Source: an uncultured bacterium
Lineage (GTDB): Bacteria; Krumholzibacteriota; Krumholzibacteriia; WVZY01; JAKEHA01
DNA length: 44,576 nucleotides
Direction: 5' to 3'
Assembly: GCA_965372335.1 (NCBI GenBank)
Contig: CBDVBX010000002.1
Coordinates: 1-44,576, forward strand
Positions 19,140-28,844 of this stretch are shown one piece after another. How positions within the stretch are numbered: position 1 is the stretch's first letter; every line of letters starts with the position of its first letter. The notes beneath the pieces were generated by a model. It saw nothing but the letters and a program-made list of their open reading frames with translations, did not search any database and had not been told where the DNA came from. The position numbers were made by a program, and so were the translations under genes.

Positions 19140-20603
19140 ATGATCGACAAACCCCGCAAAGGCGACAACGGCGTAGACCTGCCGTTGCAGGAGTATTTCG
19201 ACGCCCTGCCCGGTATCGTCTCCGTCCAAGATCGCGATTTACGGATCGTGCATACCAACGACCGTCTGCGCGAGTTCTTCGGCGATCCGGGCGACACGCC
19301 CTGCTACACATTCTTCAAACGGCGCAAGGACCAGTGCCCGGGCTGTCCCGTGGTCGAGTCCTTCCACACCGGTGAACGCAGCAAAAACGAAGGCGTGATC
19401 ATCAAGAAAAACGGCGAGGAATTGCCGGTGATGGTGTACACGTCGCCGATTAAGAACGACGCCGGCGAAGTCGTGCACGTGATAGAGCTGGCCGCAGACA
19501 TCTCCGACGTCAAGCGCCTGCAGAAGAAACTGTTTCGCACCCAACAACGACTCCAGCAGTTCTTCGACGAAGTTCCTTGTTATGTGTCTGTGCAAGATCG
19601 CGACCTGAAACTGGTCGCTGCCAACCGCCGCTTCAAGGAGGACTTCGGCGACGAAGTTGGGGGCCATTGCTACGAAGTCTACAAGCACCGCAGCGAGCCG
19701 TGCCTCGAATGCCCCGTTGAAGGGACGTTTGCAGACGGACAAACCCGGCAAAGCGAAGAATTGGTGACGTCGATGTCGGGAGAGCAGTACAACGTCCTGG
19801 TACATACATCTCCGATCCGGAACGAGGCGGGTGAAATCGTGTTGGTGGTCGAGATGAGTACCAACATCACGCCGATCAGAGAGCTTCAATCGCAACTCGA
19901 ATCCACCGGACTGTTGATCAGTACCATATCCCATAGCATCAAGGGACTATTGACGGGATTGGACGGCGGCATGTACCTGGTAGATTCGGGTCTGAGCAAA
20001 GGCAATCAAGAGCGTCTTGAAAAGGGCTGGGAGATGGTCACGAGAAACGTCGACCGTATTCGCAGCACCGTTTTGGACATCCTGTACTACGCCAAGGAAA
20101 GGGAACCGGAGTGGAATGACATGTCGGTCAAGGAGTTGGTCGATGAAGTGTATTCGGTTGCAAAACCGAAGGCCGACCAACACGGGATCGACCTGCAGCT
20201 GAACGTCGACGGTGACGCCGGGGAGCTGGTAGGAGACCCGATGGCGTTGCGGTCGATGCTGGTCAACCTCATGGAAAACGCGGTGGATGCCTGCCGCGTG
20301 GACAAGAAAAAGACCGAGCACCTGGTGACACTTTCCGCGACCGGCGAGGACGAGAGGGTACGATTTGAAATATCCGACAACGGGATAGGAATGGATCGGG
20401 AGACGAGAGAAAAAGTATTTAGCCTGTTCTTCTCGTCTAAGGGCACCGAAGGCACCGGTTTGGGGCTGTTTATCGCCAATATCGTTGCCAAGGGGCACGG
20501 CGGCGGGGTCGAAGTGGACTCCGAAGTGGACAGGGGGACCCGGTTCACAGTCACCATCGCGAGGGACCGCCCAGCCGAGGAGCCGGATGCGCCCGCCGAG
20601 TGA
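19140..20603 (+). CDS. Soluble double-PAS sensor histidine kinase
   Basis: Two repeated PAS-like units each with C-Y-x9-C-x2-C-P; H box SHSIKGLL; NLMENAVDA, DNGIGM, GTGLGL; no TM segment. Confidence 0.92.
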   Translation: MIDKPRKGDNGVDLPLQEYFDALPGIVSVQDRDLRIVHTNDRLREFFGDPGDTPCYTFFKRRKDQCPGCPVVESFHTGERSKNEGVIIKKNGEELPVMVYTSPIKNDAGEVVHVIELAADISDVKRLQKKLFRTQQRLQQFFDEVPCYVSVQDRDLKLVAANRRFKEDFGDEVGGHCYEVYKHRSEPCLECPVEGTFADGQTRQSEELVTSMSGEQYNVLVHTSPIRNEAGEIVLVVEMSTNITPIRELQSQLESTGLLISTISHSIKGLLTGLDGGMYLVDSGLSKGNQERLEKGWEMVTRNVDRIRSTVLDILYYAKEREPEWNDMSVKELVDEVYSVAKPKADQHGIDLQLNVDGDAGELVGDPMALRSMLVNLMENAVDACRVDKKKTEHLVTLSATGEDERVRFEISDNGIGMDRETREKVFSLFFSSKGTEGTGLGLFIANIVAKGHGGGVEVDSEVDRGTRFTVTIARDRPAEEPDAPAE

Positions 20604-20635
20604 TATGATGGGGATACCGGAGACGGTTTAGGAGA

Positions 20636-20653
20636 TAGTGAATTATTTCACAT
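20636..20653. promoter_or_regulatory. Rex-like operator upstream of dsrA
   Basis: TAGTGAA-TTAT-TTCACAT with a perfect GTGAA-N4-TTCAC core, 7 bp upstream of the -35 element. Confidence 0.7.
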
Positions 20654-20660
20654 TTTTCTC

Positions 20661-20690
20661 TTGACAAGACGGCGGTAGAGGGTCTATAAC
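20661..20690 (+). promoter_or_regulatory. Sigma70 promoter of the dsr operon
   Basis: TTGACA, 18 bp spacer, TATAAC. Confidence 0.7.
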
Positions 20691-20849
20691 TCAAGTATGT
20701 AGTAGAGGATCTTTAAGTCGGATGACATATTCGACCCGCCGCGTAAACCGCGTAAATATCAATTTAACAACGCCCTCCGCGGGATTTTCCGACAGGAAAC
20801 GACGGAGGGAATGGCAGTCTAGAGTGTTTCGGTCACTCAAGGAGATACA

Positions 20850-22058
20850 ATGTCTGACACATTGCCCAAAACTCCCATGCTCGACGAGCTTGAATCTGGT
20901 AAGTGGCCCAGCTTCGTAACTGAAATAAAGATGGCCGCAAAGAGGAGCCCGATGTGTCGGGATCTGCTCGGCCAGCTCGAACAATCTTACGAAAAAAAAA
21001 TCGGCTACTGGAAACACGGCGGAATTGTGGGTGTCATGGGGTACGGGGGCGGCGTGATCGGCCGTTATTCCGATCTTCCCGAAAAATTCCCTAATATCTC
21101 ACACTTCCACACCATGCGCATCAACCAACCGGCTGCTTGGTTCTACAACACCGATGCTTTGCGCAAGATTTGTGATATATGGGAGAGACACGGTTCGGGC
21201 ATCACCAATATGCACGGGTCCACCGGAGACATCATCCTGCTGGGAACGAGCACCGATCACCTCGAGCCGGTCTTCGACGAACTACAGAAGATCGACTTCG
21301 ACATCGGCGGTTCGGGATCCGACGTCAGAACGCCGAGCTGCTGTTGCGGGATGGCCAGGTGCGAATGGGCCTGCTACGACACAATGGCAGCTTGCTACGA
21401 CTTCACGATGGCGTTCCAAGATGAGATCCACCGTCCGGCGTTCCCTTACAAATTCAAATTTAAGTTCTCGGGTTGCCCGAACGACTGTGTGGCGTCTATC
21501 GCGAGGTCCGATATGTCCATCATCGGTATATGGCGCGACGACATTCAGGTCAACAAGGACGCGGTGACCGAATACGCCAAGAGCGGCATGGACATCAAGG
21601 CCGACGTAATCGACAACTGTCCGGCCAAGTGCATGGAGTGGGACGGCAAGGAGATCAACATCGACAACAGTTACTGCCGCCGCTGCATGCATTGCATCAA
21701 CGTGATGCCCAAAGCGCTGGCCCCGGGCAAAGACCGCGGAGCGTGTATCCTGCTCGGATCCAAAGCACCTATCGTCGAGGGCGCGCTGCTGTCGTCGGTA
21801 TTGATACCGTTCTACAAGATGGAGCCCCCGTACCAGGAACTCAAAGACGTCGTCGAAAGAATCTGGGACGTGTGGGGCGAAGAAGGCAAAAACCGAGAGC
21901 GCGTCGGCGAGTTCATACAACGTGTCGGTATGGGTAATTTCCTCGACGCTATCGAACTCGAGCCGACCGCAGAGATGGTCGCCCATCCTCGTGAGAACCC
22001 GTACGTGTTCTACGAAGAGTACTTCGAAGAAGAAGAAGAAGAAGAAGAGAAATCGTAG
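20850..22058 (+). CDS. dsrA: Dissimilatory sulfite reductase alpha subunit
   Basis: [62 protein letters not shown]. Confidence 0.99.
   Translation: MSDTLPKTPMLDELESGKWPSFVTEIKMAAKRSPMCRDLLGQLEQSYEKKIGYWKHGGIVGVMGYGGGVIGRYSDLPEKFPNISHFHTMRINQPAAWFYNTDALRKICDIWERHGSGITNMHGSTGDIILLGTSTDHLEPVFDELQKIDFDIGGSGSDVRTPSCCCGMARCEWACYDTMAACYDFTMAFQDEIHRPAFPYKFKFKFSGCPNDCVASIARSDMSIIGIWRDDIQVNKDAVTEYAKSGMDIKADVIDNCPAKCMEWDGKEINIDNSYCRRCMHCINVMPKALAPGKDRGACILLGSKAPIVEGALLSSVLIPFYKMEPPYQELKDVVERIWDVWGEEGKNRERVGEFIQRVGMGNFLDAIELEPTAEMVAHPRENPYVFYEEYFEEEEEEEEKS
22026..22049 (+). repeat. (GAA)7GAG trinucleotide run encoding the poly-Glu tail of DsrA
   Basis: Read directly from the sequence. Confidence 0.9.
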
Positions 22059-22103
22059 AGATAACGAGGCAGATAATCGTAACTACGGAATAGAGGTATA
22101 AAA

Positions 22104-23183
22104 ATGGCTGAACCACAAGAGAGACGGACCGATTACGGCCCTCCGCATTACGAGCAATTCTTGCCGCCGGTTATCAAGAACAACTACGGCAAGTGGAAGT
22201 ACCACGAGATCATGAAACCGGGTGTGATGGTACACGTGGCCGAGGGCGGCGACAAACTGTACACCGTACGCGCCAGTTCGGGACGGCTTCTCAGCATCGA
22301 CAAGATCCGTATGTATTGCGATCTCGCCGACAAATACTGCGACGGCTACCTGAGATTTACCAGCCGTCACAACGTGGAGTTTCTGACCGACAAGAAGGAA
22401 AATGTCGACCCGTTGATTAAGGAAGTGGAGGATATGGGCCACCCAATCGGCGGTATCGGCAACTCGATCTCGAGCATCGTACATACCCAGGGTTGGATTC
22501 ACTGCCACTCGGCGGCGACAGACGCGTCGGGCGTCGTCAAGGCAGTTATGGACGACCTTATCGAGTATTTCGTCGAGATGAAGCTACCCGGCAAGCTGCG
22601 CATCGCTCTGGCCTGCTGCTTGAATATGTGCGGTGCGGTACACTGCTCCGACATCGCCATTCTGGGGATTCACAGACGCCCGCCCAAAATCAATCACGAG
22701 AAGCTCAACAAAATGTGTGAGATCCCGAACGTTTCCGCGTCTTGTCCAACCGCGGCCATCAGGCCGGCCACCGTGGACGGTAAGCCGTCTGTCGAGGTCA
22801 TCGAAGAGCTGTGTATGTTCTGCGCCAACTGTTACACTGTATGTCCGTCCATGCCCCTGAACGATCCGTTGAATGACGGCATATCGATCTGGGTGGGCGG
22901 CAAGGTGTCCAACGCGCGCGCGGAACCGACGTTTTCGAAACTGGCGATCCCATATCTGCCCAACAACCCGCCGCGGTGGCCGGAGACCGTGGAAGCGATC
23001 CGAAACCTGGTGGAACTATGGGCAAAGAACGCCAGAAAGTACGAGAGGATGGGCGAGTGGATAGAGCGCATCGGCTGGCCCAGGTTCTTCAAGATGGCCG
23101 GTATCGAGTTCCAGAAGGAACACATCGACGACTTCAAACATGCCGGTCTGACGTTTAAGCGTTCGACACACCTGAGCTTTTAG
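22104..23183 (+). CDS. dsrB: Dissimilatory sulfite reductase beta subunit
   Basis: [51 protein letters not shown]. Confidence 0.99.
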   Translation: MAEPQERRTDYGPPHYEQFLPPVIKNNYGKWKYHEIMKPGVMVHVAEGGDKLYTVRASSGRLLSIDKIRMYCDLADKYCDGYLRFTSRHNVEFLTDKKENVDPLIKEVEDMGHPIGGIGNSISSIVHTQGWIHCHSAATDASGVVKAVMDDLIEYFVEMKLPGKLRIALACCLNMCGAVHCSDIAILGIHRRPPKINHEKLNKMCEIPNVSASCPTAAIRPATVDGKPSVEVIEELCMFCANCYTVCPSMPLNDPLNDGISIWVGGKVSNARAEPTFSKLAIPYLPNNPPRWPETVEAIRNLVELWAKNARKYERMGEWIERIGWPRFFKMAGIEFQKEHIDDFKHAGLTFKRSTHLSF

Positions 23184-23194
23184 GGGGTATCAGC

Positions 23195-23440
23195 ATGGCG
23201 AAGACGGACGATGAAATCGCAGACGCAATATTCAAACTGGTCAAAGACTCGTTCGGAGTCAAGAAACTCAAACCTATGGACCTCACTAAGGCGATGATGG
23301 AACTTTATGAGGGTGAGGTCGACAAAAAGCAGTGTAAAGCGGCCATCAAGCTGTTGATCGACTCCGGACGATGTGTCTATACGTATTTCGGGGGTAGCTA
23401 TATAGAGATCCCACACAGAGAAGGTGCCGCTAACGATTAA
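23195..23440 (+). CDS. dsrD: DsrD (DsrAB allosteric activator)
   Basis: 81 aa directly after dsrB; KKLKP.DL, LIDSGRCVYTYFGGSYI winged-helix pattern. Confidence 0.85.
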   Translation: MAKTDDEIADAIFKLVKDSFGVKKLKPMDLTKAMMELYEGEVDKKQCKAAIKLLIDSGRCVYTYFGGSYIEIPHREGAAND

Positions 23441-23464
23441 AGTTGTTCACAGGATTCCGGGTCT

Positions 23465-24886
23465 ATGGCAACGAGCTTATCGCGGCTTGTAATCGCCGGA
23501 CTATCCGGCGATTCGGGCAAAACAATAGTGAGCTTGAGCTTCGTGGTAGCTCTGAAGCGGAAAGGTCACTCGGTTTCCGTCTTCAAGAAAGGGCCGGATT
23601 ATATCGATCCGGCCTGGCTTTCAATGGTCACTCGGCGGGACTGCCGCAATCTGGATACCTACATGGTGGCACCGGAGGTTGTCAGGCAGTCCTTCGTCGA
23701 CCACGGAAGAAATTCCGATATCGCCGTCGTCGAGGGTAACCGAGGCCTTTACGACGGCCGGGACGCCGACGGAACAAACAGCACGGCGGAACTTGCCAAA
23801 TTGATCGATTCGCCGGTGGTGCTGGTGGTCAATGCGGCCAAGACGACTCGGACTATTGCGGCACTCGTAAGAGGTTGCCAGACATTTGACCCGGAAGTAA
23901 AGATCGCGGGTGTTATTCTAAACCGGATCGCCGGCACGCGGCATCTGCGAGTGCTGACCGATTCGATCGAAAAGTACTGCGGGATACCCGTCGTGGGGGC
24001 AATCCCGAAACTGGGCGACGACTCGAAGTTGATTCCCGGTCGTCACTTGGGATTGATCACGCCCTCGGAGTACCAACACGAAAAAGTCCTGCGGTCCAGA
24101 CTAGAAGAGATAGCGGAGGCACATCTCGACGTCGACGGCATGATATCAATCGCGGAGACAGCGGAGCAGCTGGATTGTGACGCGCGCGACACACCCCGCA
24201 GGGTTCCGGGCAAAGTGAAGATCGGCTATTTCAAAGATTCCGTATTCACGTTTTATTACCCCGAAAACTTGGAGGCGTTGGAAGCGGAAGGAGCTGATCT
24301 GGTACCGGTTTCGTCGCTCGATGACAAGAGGCTACCCGACGTGGACGCCCTGTACATTGGCGGCGGATTTCCTGAAACGCACGCAGAACAGCTGGCCGGC
24401 AACCGATCGATGATGGAGTCGGTTAGAAAAGCGGCCAACAGCGGTTTGCCTGTTTACGCCGAATGCGGAGGTTTGATTTACCTCGCCAGGTCTTTGAAGT
24501 ACGGAGATACTGTGTACGAGATGGCGGGCGTTTTCGAGATCGATCTTGAAATGCACCGGACACCAGTAGGGCACGGATATACGTTGGTCGAGGTGGACTC
24601 GCCCAGTCCGTTTTATCCGGTTGGCACCAAGATCCGCGGTCACGAGTTTCATTATACGGGGCCGTCTAGCGGCCTTGGGGAAGTCGCGAGCTGCATGGCG
24701 GTCGAAACCGGAACTGGCGTAGGAAACGGCAGAGACGGGTTGATCTACAAGAATACGTTGGCCTGTTATACACACGTGCACGCCGACGGAGTGGATAGTT
24801 GGGCTTCTTCGATGGTGTCACGGGCAGCCCATTATGCCAAGACCCGCACAGGAAGAAAAACAGGCGGCAGCGGAGGGAACAATTAG
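23465..24886 (+). CDS. dsrN: DsrN siroheme amidase (cobyrinate a,c-diamide synthase family)
   Basis: GDSGKT, KKGPDYIDP, EGNRGLYDG, YAECGG, GHEFHY; located in the dsr operon. Confidence 0.93.
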   Translation: MATSLSRLVIAGLSGDSGKTIVSLSFVVALKRKGHSVSVFKKGPDYIDPAWLSMVTRRDCRNLDTYMVAPEVVRQSFVDHGRNSDIAVVEGNRGLYDGRDADGTNSTAELAKLIDSPVVLVVNAAKTTRTIAALVRGCQTFDPEVKIAGVILNRIAGTRHLRVLTDSIEKYCGIPVVGAIPKLGDDSKLIPGRHLGLITPSEYQHEKVLRSRLEEIAEAHLDVDGMISIAETAEQLDCDARDTPRRVPGKVKIGYFKDSVFTFYYPENLEALEAEGADLVPVSSLDDKRLPDVDALYIGGGFPETHAEQLAGNRSMMESVRKAANSGLPVYAECGGLIYLARSLKYGDTVYEMAGVFEIDLEMHRTPVGHGYTLVEVDSPSPFYPVGTKIRGHEFHYTGPSSGLGEVASCMAVETGTGVGNGRDGLIYKNTLACYTHVHADGVDSWASSMVSRAAHYAKTRTGRKTGGSGGNN

Positions 24887-24929
24887 TTTAAATCTTTGGT
24901 GATTTAATCTACAGCGAGAGAGCAACATC

Positions 24930-26618
24930 ATGGTCAAAAAAGTTGTCAAAAAGAAAAAGAAAGGGCTCAAGAGCCTGAGGAGCGCCGGATTCGGTTCGGG
25001 TGTACAGACCTCCACAGAGCGACCTCAGATGGTGGAGAAACCGCCGCCCTGCAAGGTCGGGTGCCCCAACCACAACAGAATCCGGAAGATGCTCATGACC
25101 ATATCGAAGGCCGAAGCTTACGAGATTCGTTACGAACAGGCTTTCGAGGAAGCTTTCAACATTTTCGCGGAGACGACACCTTTCCCCTCTGTTTGTGGCC
25201 GTGTCTGCCCGCACCCGTGTGAGACTTCATGCAATCGCAACGAAAAGGAAGGCGCCGTCAGTATCAACAAGGTCGAGCGGTTCATCGGGGATTACGCCCT
25301 CGAGAAGGGTTTCAAACCCCGGAAACTGACTGAAGAAACTCGGCCAGAGAAAGTCGCTGTGGTCGGTTCCGGTCCGGGCGGTATTTCGGCTGCGTATCAA
25401 CTCGCTCTGCGAGGATATCCCGTGACGGTGTTCGAAGCATTTCCCAAACCGGGGGGCATGTTGAGATACGGCATTCCTGAGTATCGTTTGCCCCACGACA
25501 TTTTAGACGCGGAGATCAACCGGGTCCTGGATTTGGGCGTGGAGCTCAAGTTGAACACGGCGGTCGGCCACGACATTTCACTCGACGATCTGCGTAAGGA
25601 ATACAAGGCGATATTCGTGGCCATGGGCGCGCACAAAGGTATTCAGCTGCGAATCCAGGGTGAAGAGGCGGAAAACGTTTTTACCGGAACCGGTTTCCTG
25701 CACAAGGTAAATACCGGCGAAAAAGTGGACGTCGGCGAGAAGGTCGTCGTCATCGGAGGCGGCGATACAGCGGTCGACGCAGCGCGTATGTGCCGTCGAA
25801 TGGGTGCCGACGTTACCATCTTGTATCGGCGAACCAAGACGGAAATGCCCGCGATCGACGAAGAGATCGACGCCGCTGAAACGGAACATGTCAAAATCGA
25901 ATTCCTGGCTGCTCCCATCGATATTTACCAGACCAACGGCAAAGCGACCGGTATGAAGTGCCAACGTATGGAACTCGGAGAACCCGATTCCTCCGGCAGG
26001 CGGCGACCGGTACCGATCGACGGCGACACGTTCGATCTGGACTTCACTTGCCTGATCGCCGCCGTTAGCCAGGCGCCAAACTTCGAAGGATTCGAGTCGC
26101 TGATTGAAGGTAAGGATTGGATAAAGGTCGACGATCACTTTAAGACCAAAGAGGACGACATATACTCGGGCGGCGATAACATCAACCTCGGATTGGTGAT
26201 CGACGCCATCGCGCACGGACGAATGGCCGCCCTGGCGATTCACGAGATGGTCACCGGCGAGCCGATGCCTACGGCAGGTCCCGAGGGCGAGGCGCTCAAA
26301 ACCGACAGGATGATTCTGTCGTATTACAAGGAGAGCGCGCGGCACCAACACAAGGAAATGCCAGTCGATGAACGTCTGAAAAACATGGTCGCAGAGATTG
26401 TCAGCACTTACTCCGAACAAGAGGCGGTTGATGAAGCGAGGAGATGCATGAGCTGCGGCATGTGTTTCGATTGCGGCACGTGCTGGAGTTTCTGTCAGGA
26501 CAACGCGATCAAAAAGCCGCTTATATACGGTGCCCCGTACAAGGTCAAGCTCGAATTCTGCACCGGTTGTAGGAAATGCGCAGAGAATTGTCCGTGCGGG
26601 TACATTGAGATGCACTAA
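24930..26618 (+). CDS. dsrL: DsrL iron-sulfur flavoprotein, DsrL-2-like (YRR motif)
   Basis: PPCKVGCP, CGRVCPHPCETSCNR, GSGPGG, GGGDTA, LYRRT, CMSCGMCFDCGTC, CTGCRKCAENCPCGYI; located between dsrN and dsrC. Confidence 0.9.
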   Translation: MVKKVVKKKKKGLKSLRSAGFGSGVQTSTERPQMVEKPPPCKVGCPNHNRIRKMLMTISKAEAYEIRYEQAFEEAFNIFAETTPFPSVCGRVCPHPCETSCNRNEKEGAVSINKVERFIGDYALEKGFKPRKLTEETRPEKVAVVGSGPGGISAAYQLALRGYPVTVFEAFPKPGGMLRYGIPEYRLPHDILDAEINRVLDLGVELKLNTAVGHDISLDDLRKEYKAIFVAMGAHKGIQLRIQGEEAENVFTGTGFLHKVNTGEKVDVGEKVVVIGGGDTAVDAARMCRRMGADVTILYRRTKTEMPAIDEEIDAAETEHVKIEFLAAPIDIYQTNGKATGMKCQRMELGEPDSSGRRRPVPIDGDTFDLDFTCLIAAVSQAPNFEGFESLIEGKDWIKVDDHFKTKEDDIYSGGDNINLGLVIDAIAHGRMAALAIHEMVTGEPMPTAGPEGEALKTDRMILSYYKESARHQHKEMPVDERLKNMVAEIVSTYSEQEAVDEARRCMSCGMCFDCGTCWSFCQDNAIKKPLIYGAPYKVKLEFCTGCRKCAENCPCGYIEMH

Positions 26619-26674
26619 CGCAAAGTAACCGGTACCATCCAAGCACTCACAACTTATTGTGGAGGGAAATTAAA

Positions 26675-26992
26675 ATGGCGATATTCGAACACGGCGATGT
26701 CAAAATCGAAGTTGACGAGGACGGCTTCATGGAGGATCCCGATTTGTGGAACGAAGCAGTGGCAATGGCTCTCGCGACCACTGAGGGCGTAGACGAATTG
26801 ACTGAAGAACACTGGAAGCTTGTTAACTATCTTCGCGATTATTACCTCAAATTTGGAATCGCCCCGATGATTCGAAAACTTTGCAAGGAAACCGGTTTTC
26901 CGCTCAAGAAGGTCTACGAGTTGTTCCCGTCCGGCCCGGCGAAAGGCGCCTGCAAGGTCGCTGGACTGGCCAAACCGACCGGCTGCGTATAA
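26675..26992 (+). CDS. dsrC: DsrC sulfur carrier
   Basis: VDEDGF, LFPSGPAKGACKVAGLAKPTGCV with both C-terminal Cys; ATG 26675 after GGAGG. Confidence 0.98.
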   Translation: MAIFEHGDVKIEVDEDGFMEDPDLWNEAVAMALATTEGVDELTEEHWKLVNYLRDYYLKFGIAPMIRKLCKETGFPLKKVYELFPSGPAKGACKVAGLAKPTGCV

Positions 26993-27011
26993 ATCGCCGT
27001 AATTCGTCCGA

Positions 27012-27056
27012 AAACTTCGGTCCGGGGGAGATCTACGGCTTCTTCGGACCGAGTTT
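27012..27056 (+). terminator. Stem-loop downstream of dsrC (terminator or mRNA stabiliser)
   Basis: AAACTTCGGTCCGGGGGAG ... CTTCTTCGGACCGAGTTT, inverted repeat with G-U pairs. Confidence 0.5.
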
Positions 27057-27179
27057 GTATAGGCGACGTAAGGGCTTGGCTGGACGCGCGAGTCCGGATG
27101 TAAGAAGCAGAGATCGAAATCAATCCATAGTAGCTGAAGTCCGTTTAATGTAGAGCCGCAGCTTTTTGCCGGAGACGTC

Positions 27180-27197
27180 TTGTGAAACATTTATCAA
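27180..27197. promoter_or_regulatory. Rex-like operator upstream of dsrT
   Basis: TTGTGAA-ACAT-TTATCAA. Confidence 0.6.
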
Positions 27198-27254
27198 TAG
27201 CCGGACTTTGTAGATGAAGTGTTGAAGCGTTCGGCCGTGAAGCGGAGTTGAGTC

Positions 27255-27824
27255 ATGGAGTTAACGCGAGTTTTGAGACAGAGGCGTGACGCGGTACTGG
27301 GGAAGTGGTTCGACCTCATTATAGCTACGTACCCGCCCGAATCATCCCGTCTGCTGGGCGGCAACAAAGACCAGTTCGGAAACCCCATCGGGTACTCGAT
27401 CACTAAGGGTATCGAAGGGGTATACGACCAGCTCATCTCGACGATGAACACCGACGATCTGCGTTCGGCGCTGGACGAGATCATCCGGGTAAGAGCGATT
27501 CAGGACTTTACGCCGTCGGAAGCGATTGCTTTCGTATTTCGGTTGAAAACCGTTGTGCGAGAAGTACTGGGCGAGCAGGTCGGTACAAAAGGACACGGGC
27601 ATACCGGCGGGTATACCGAGGAAATGAATGTCCTGGATTCCAGGATCGATGAGGTGGCGATGCTCGCGTTCGACGTGTATATGGAACGCCGCGAGAAGTT
27701 CCACGAGATACGTGCCAGCGAAATCAAAAAGAGCTCGATTAGGATAATGGAACGACTGAACCAACGCCCCCCCACATTTCAGAACAAGGGAGAGCCCATC
27801 GATGACGTCGGTCGAAATACGTAA
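27255..27824 (+). CDS. dsrT: DsrT (RsbRD N-terminal-like)
   Basis: DQFGNPIG, IIRVRAIQDFTPSEA, RID..AMLAFDVYM..RE; directly before dsrM. Confidence 0.92.
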   Translation: MELTRVLRQRRDAVLGKWFDLIIATYPPESSRLLGGNKDQFGNPIGYSITKGIEGVYDQLISTMNTDDLRSALDEIIRVRAIQDFTPSEAIAFVFRLKTVVREVLGEQVGTKGHGHTGGYTEEMNVLDSRIDEVAMLAFDVYMERREKFHEIRASEIKKSSIRIMERLNQRPPTFQNKGEPIDDVGRNT

Positions 27825-27845
27825 CGCGAAGGGAGGAGGCGGCCG

Positions 27846-28844
27846 ATGAAAGTTATCGCTGCCTTGTTTTTGGTGCTAATACTCCTCCTGGTCGTCTACC
27901 TGGGAGTGGACAAAGCAAACCAACAGCATCTGTTTGGGGTGATCATCCCATATGCGGCCATTGCCATCTTTCTCATCGGGTTTATCTACCGCATAGTCAG
28001 TTGGACAAGATCCGCTGTACCGTTTCGTATCACCACTACATGTGGTCAGCAGAAATCTCTCGATTTCATAAAGCCCAGCAAGATTGAGAATCCCAGCGGG
28101 CTTTCGGGCGTTATCGTCAGGATGGCGTTGGAAGTCTTGCTCTTCCGCTCCCTGTTTCGAAACACCAAAGCGGAACTGAAGGAAAACGGGAAACTCGTCT
28201 ACGGTCCCGACAAATGGCTGTGGGCGAGCGCGCTGGCATTTCACTGGTCTTTTTTGATCATTTTTCTCAGGCACTACCGGTTTTTCGCAGAACCCGTACC
28301 TTCGTTCGTAATTGGCCTCCAATCGATCGACGGCCTCTTCCAGATTGGCGTCCCCGTCTTGTATATCACCAGTTTCGTCCTTTTGGCCGCCGTGTCCTAT
28401 TTGTTTCTGAGAAGAGTGTTCATCCCGCAGGTGAGATATATATCTCTAATGACCGACTACTTTCCGTTGTTTCTCATTCTTGGTATCGCCGTCACCGGTA
28501 TTCTAATGAGACACTTGTTCAAGGTCGATATCGTCAATGTCAAGGAACTGGCCATGGGACTGGTTGTCTTCAAACCAGTGTTACCTGAAGGGGGAATCGG
28601 ATTCGTTTTCTACGCACACCTGTTTTTTGTCAGCGTGTTGTTTGCGTATTTTTCTTTCAGCAAATTGATGCATCTAGGGGGCGTCTTTCTGAGTCCTACG
28701 AGAAACCTGTCCAACAACAGCCGTTTCAAACGCCACGTCAACCCGTGGAACTACGACGTGAAAACCCACACCTACGAAGAATACGAGGACGAGTTCAGAG
28801 ATGTGATGCGAAACGCAGGACTACCACTGGAAAAGGATAAATAA
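27846..28844 (+). CDS. dsrM: DsrM diheme cytochrome b
   Basis: PFRITTTCGQQKSL, LFRSLFRNT, FHWSFLIIFLRH, HLFF...SKLMH, SPTRN. Confidence 0.97.
   Translation: MKVIAALFLVLILLLVVYLGVDKANQQHLFGVIIPYAAIAIFLIGFIYRIVSWTRSAVPFRITTTCGQQKSLDFIKPSKIENPSGLSGVIVRMALEVLLFRSLFRNTKAELKENGKLVYGPDKWLWASALAFHWSFLIIFLRHYRFFAEPVPSFVIGLQSIDGLFQIGVPVLYITSFVLLAAVSYLFLRRVFIPQVRYISLMTDYFPLFLILGIAVTGILMRHLFKVDIVNVKELAMGLVVFKPVLPEGGIGFVFYAHLFFVSVLFAYFSFSKLMHLGGVFLSPTRNLSNNSRFKRHVNPWNYDVKTHTYEEYEDEFRDVMRNAGLPLEKDK

Noticed and set aside
20697-20849. dsrA leader with a CCGCGTAAA tandem repeat and a CCCTCCG/CGGAGGG stem, considered as a riboswitch
   Set aside because: No recognisable riboswitch consensus; covariation analysis would be needed.
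24930-26618. Alternative call as glutamate synthase small subunit (gltD)
   Set aside because: The C-terminal ferredoxin domain and the position between dsrN and dsrC indicate DsrL.
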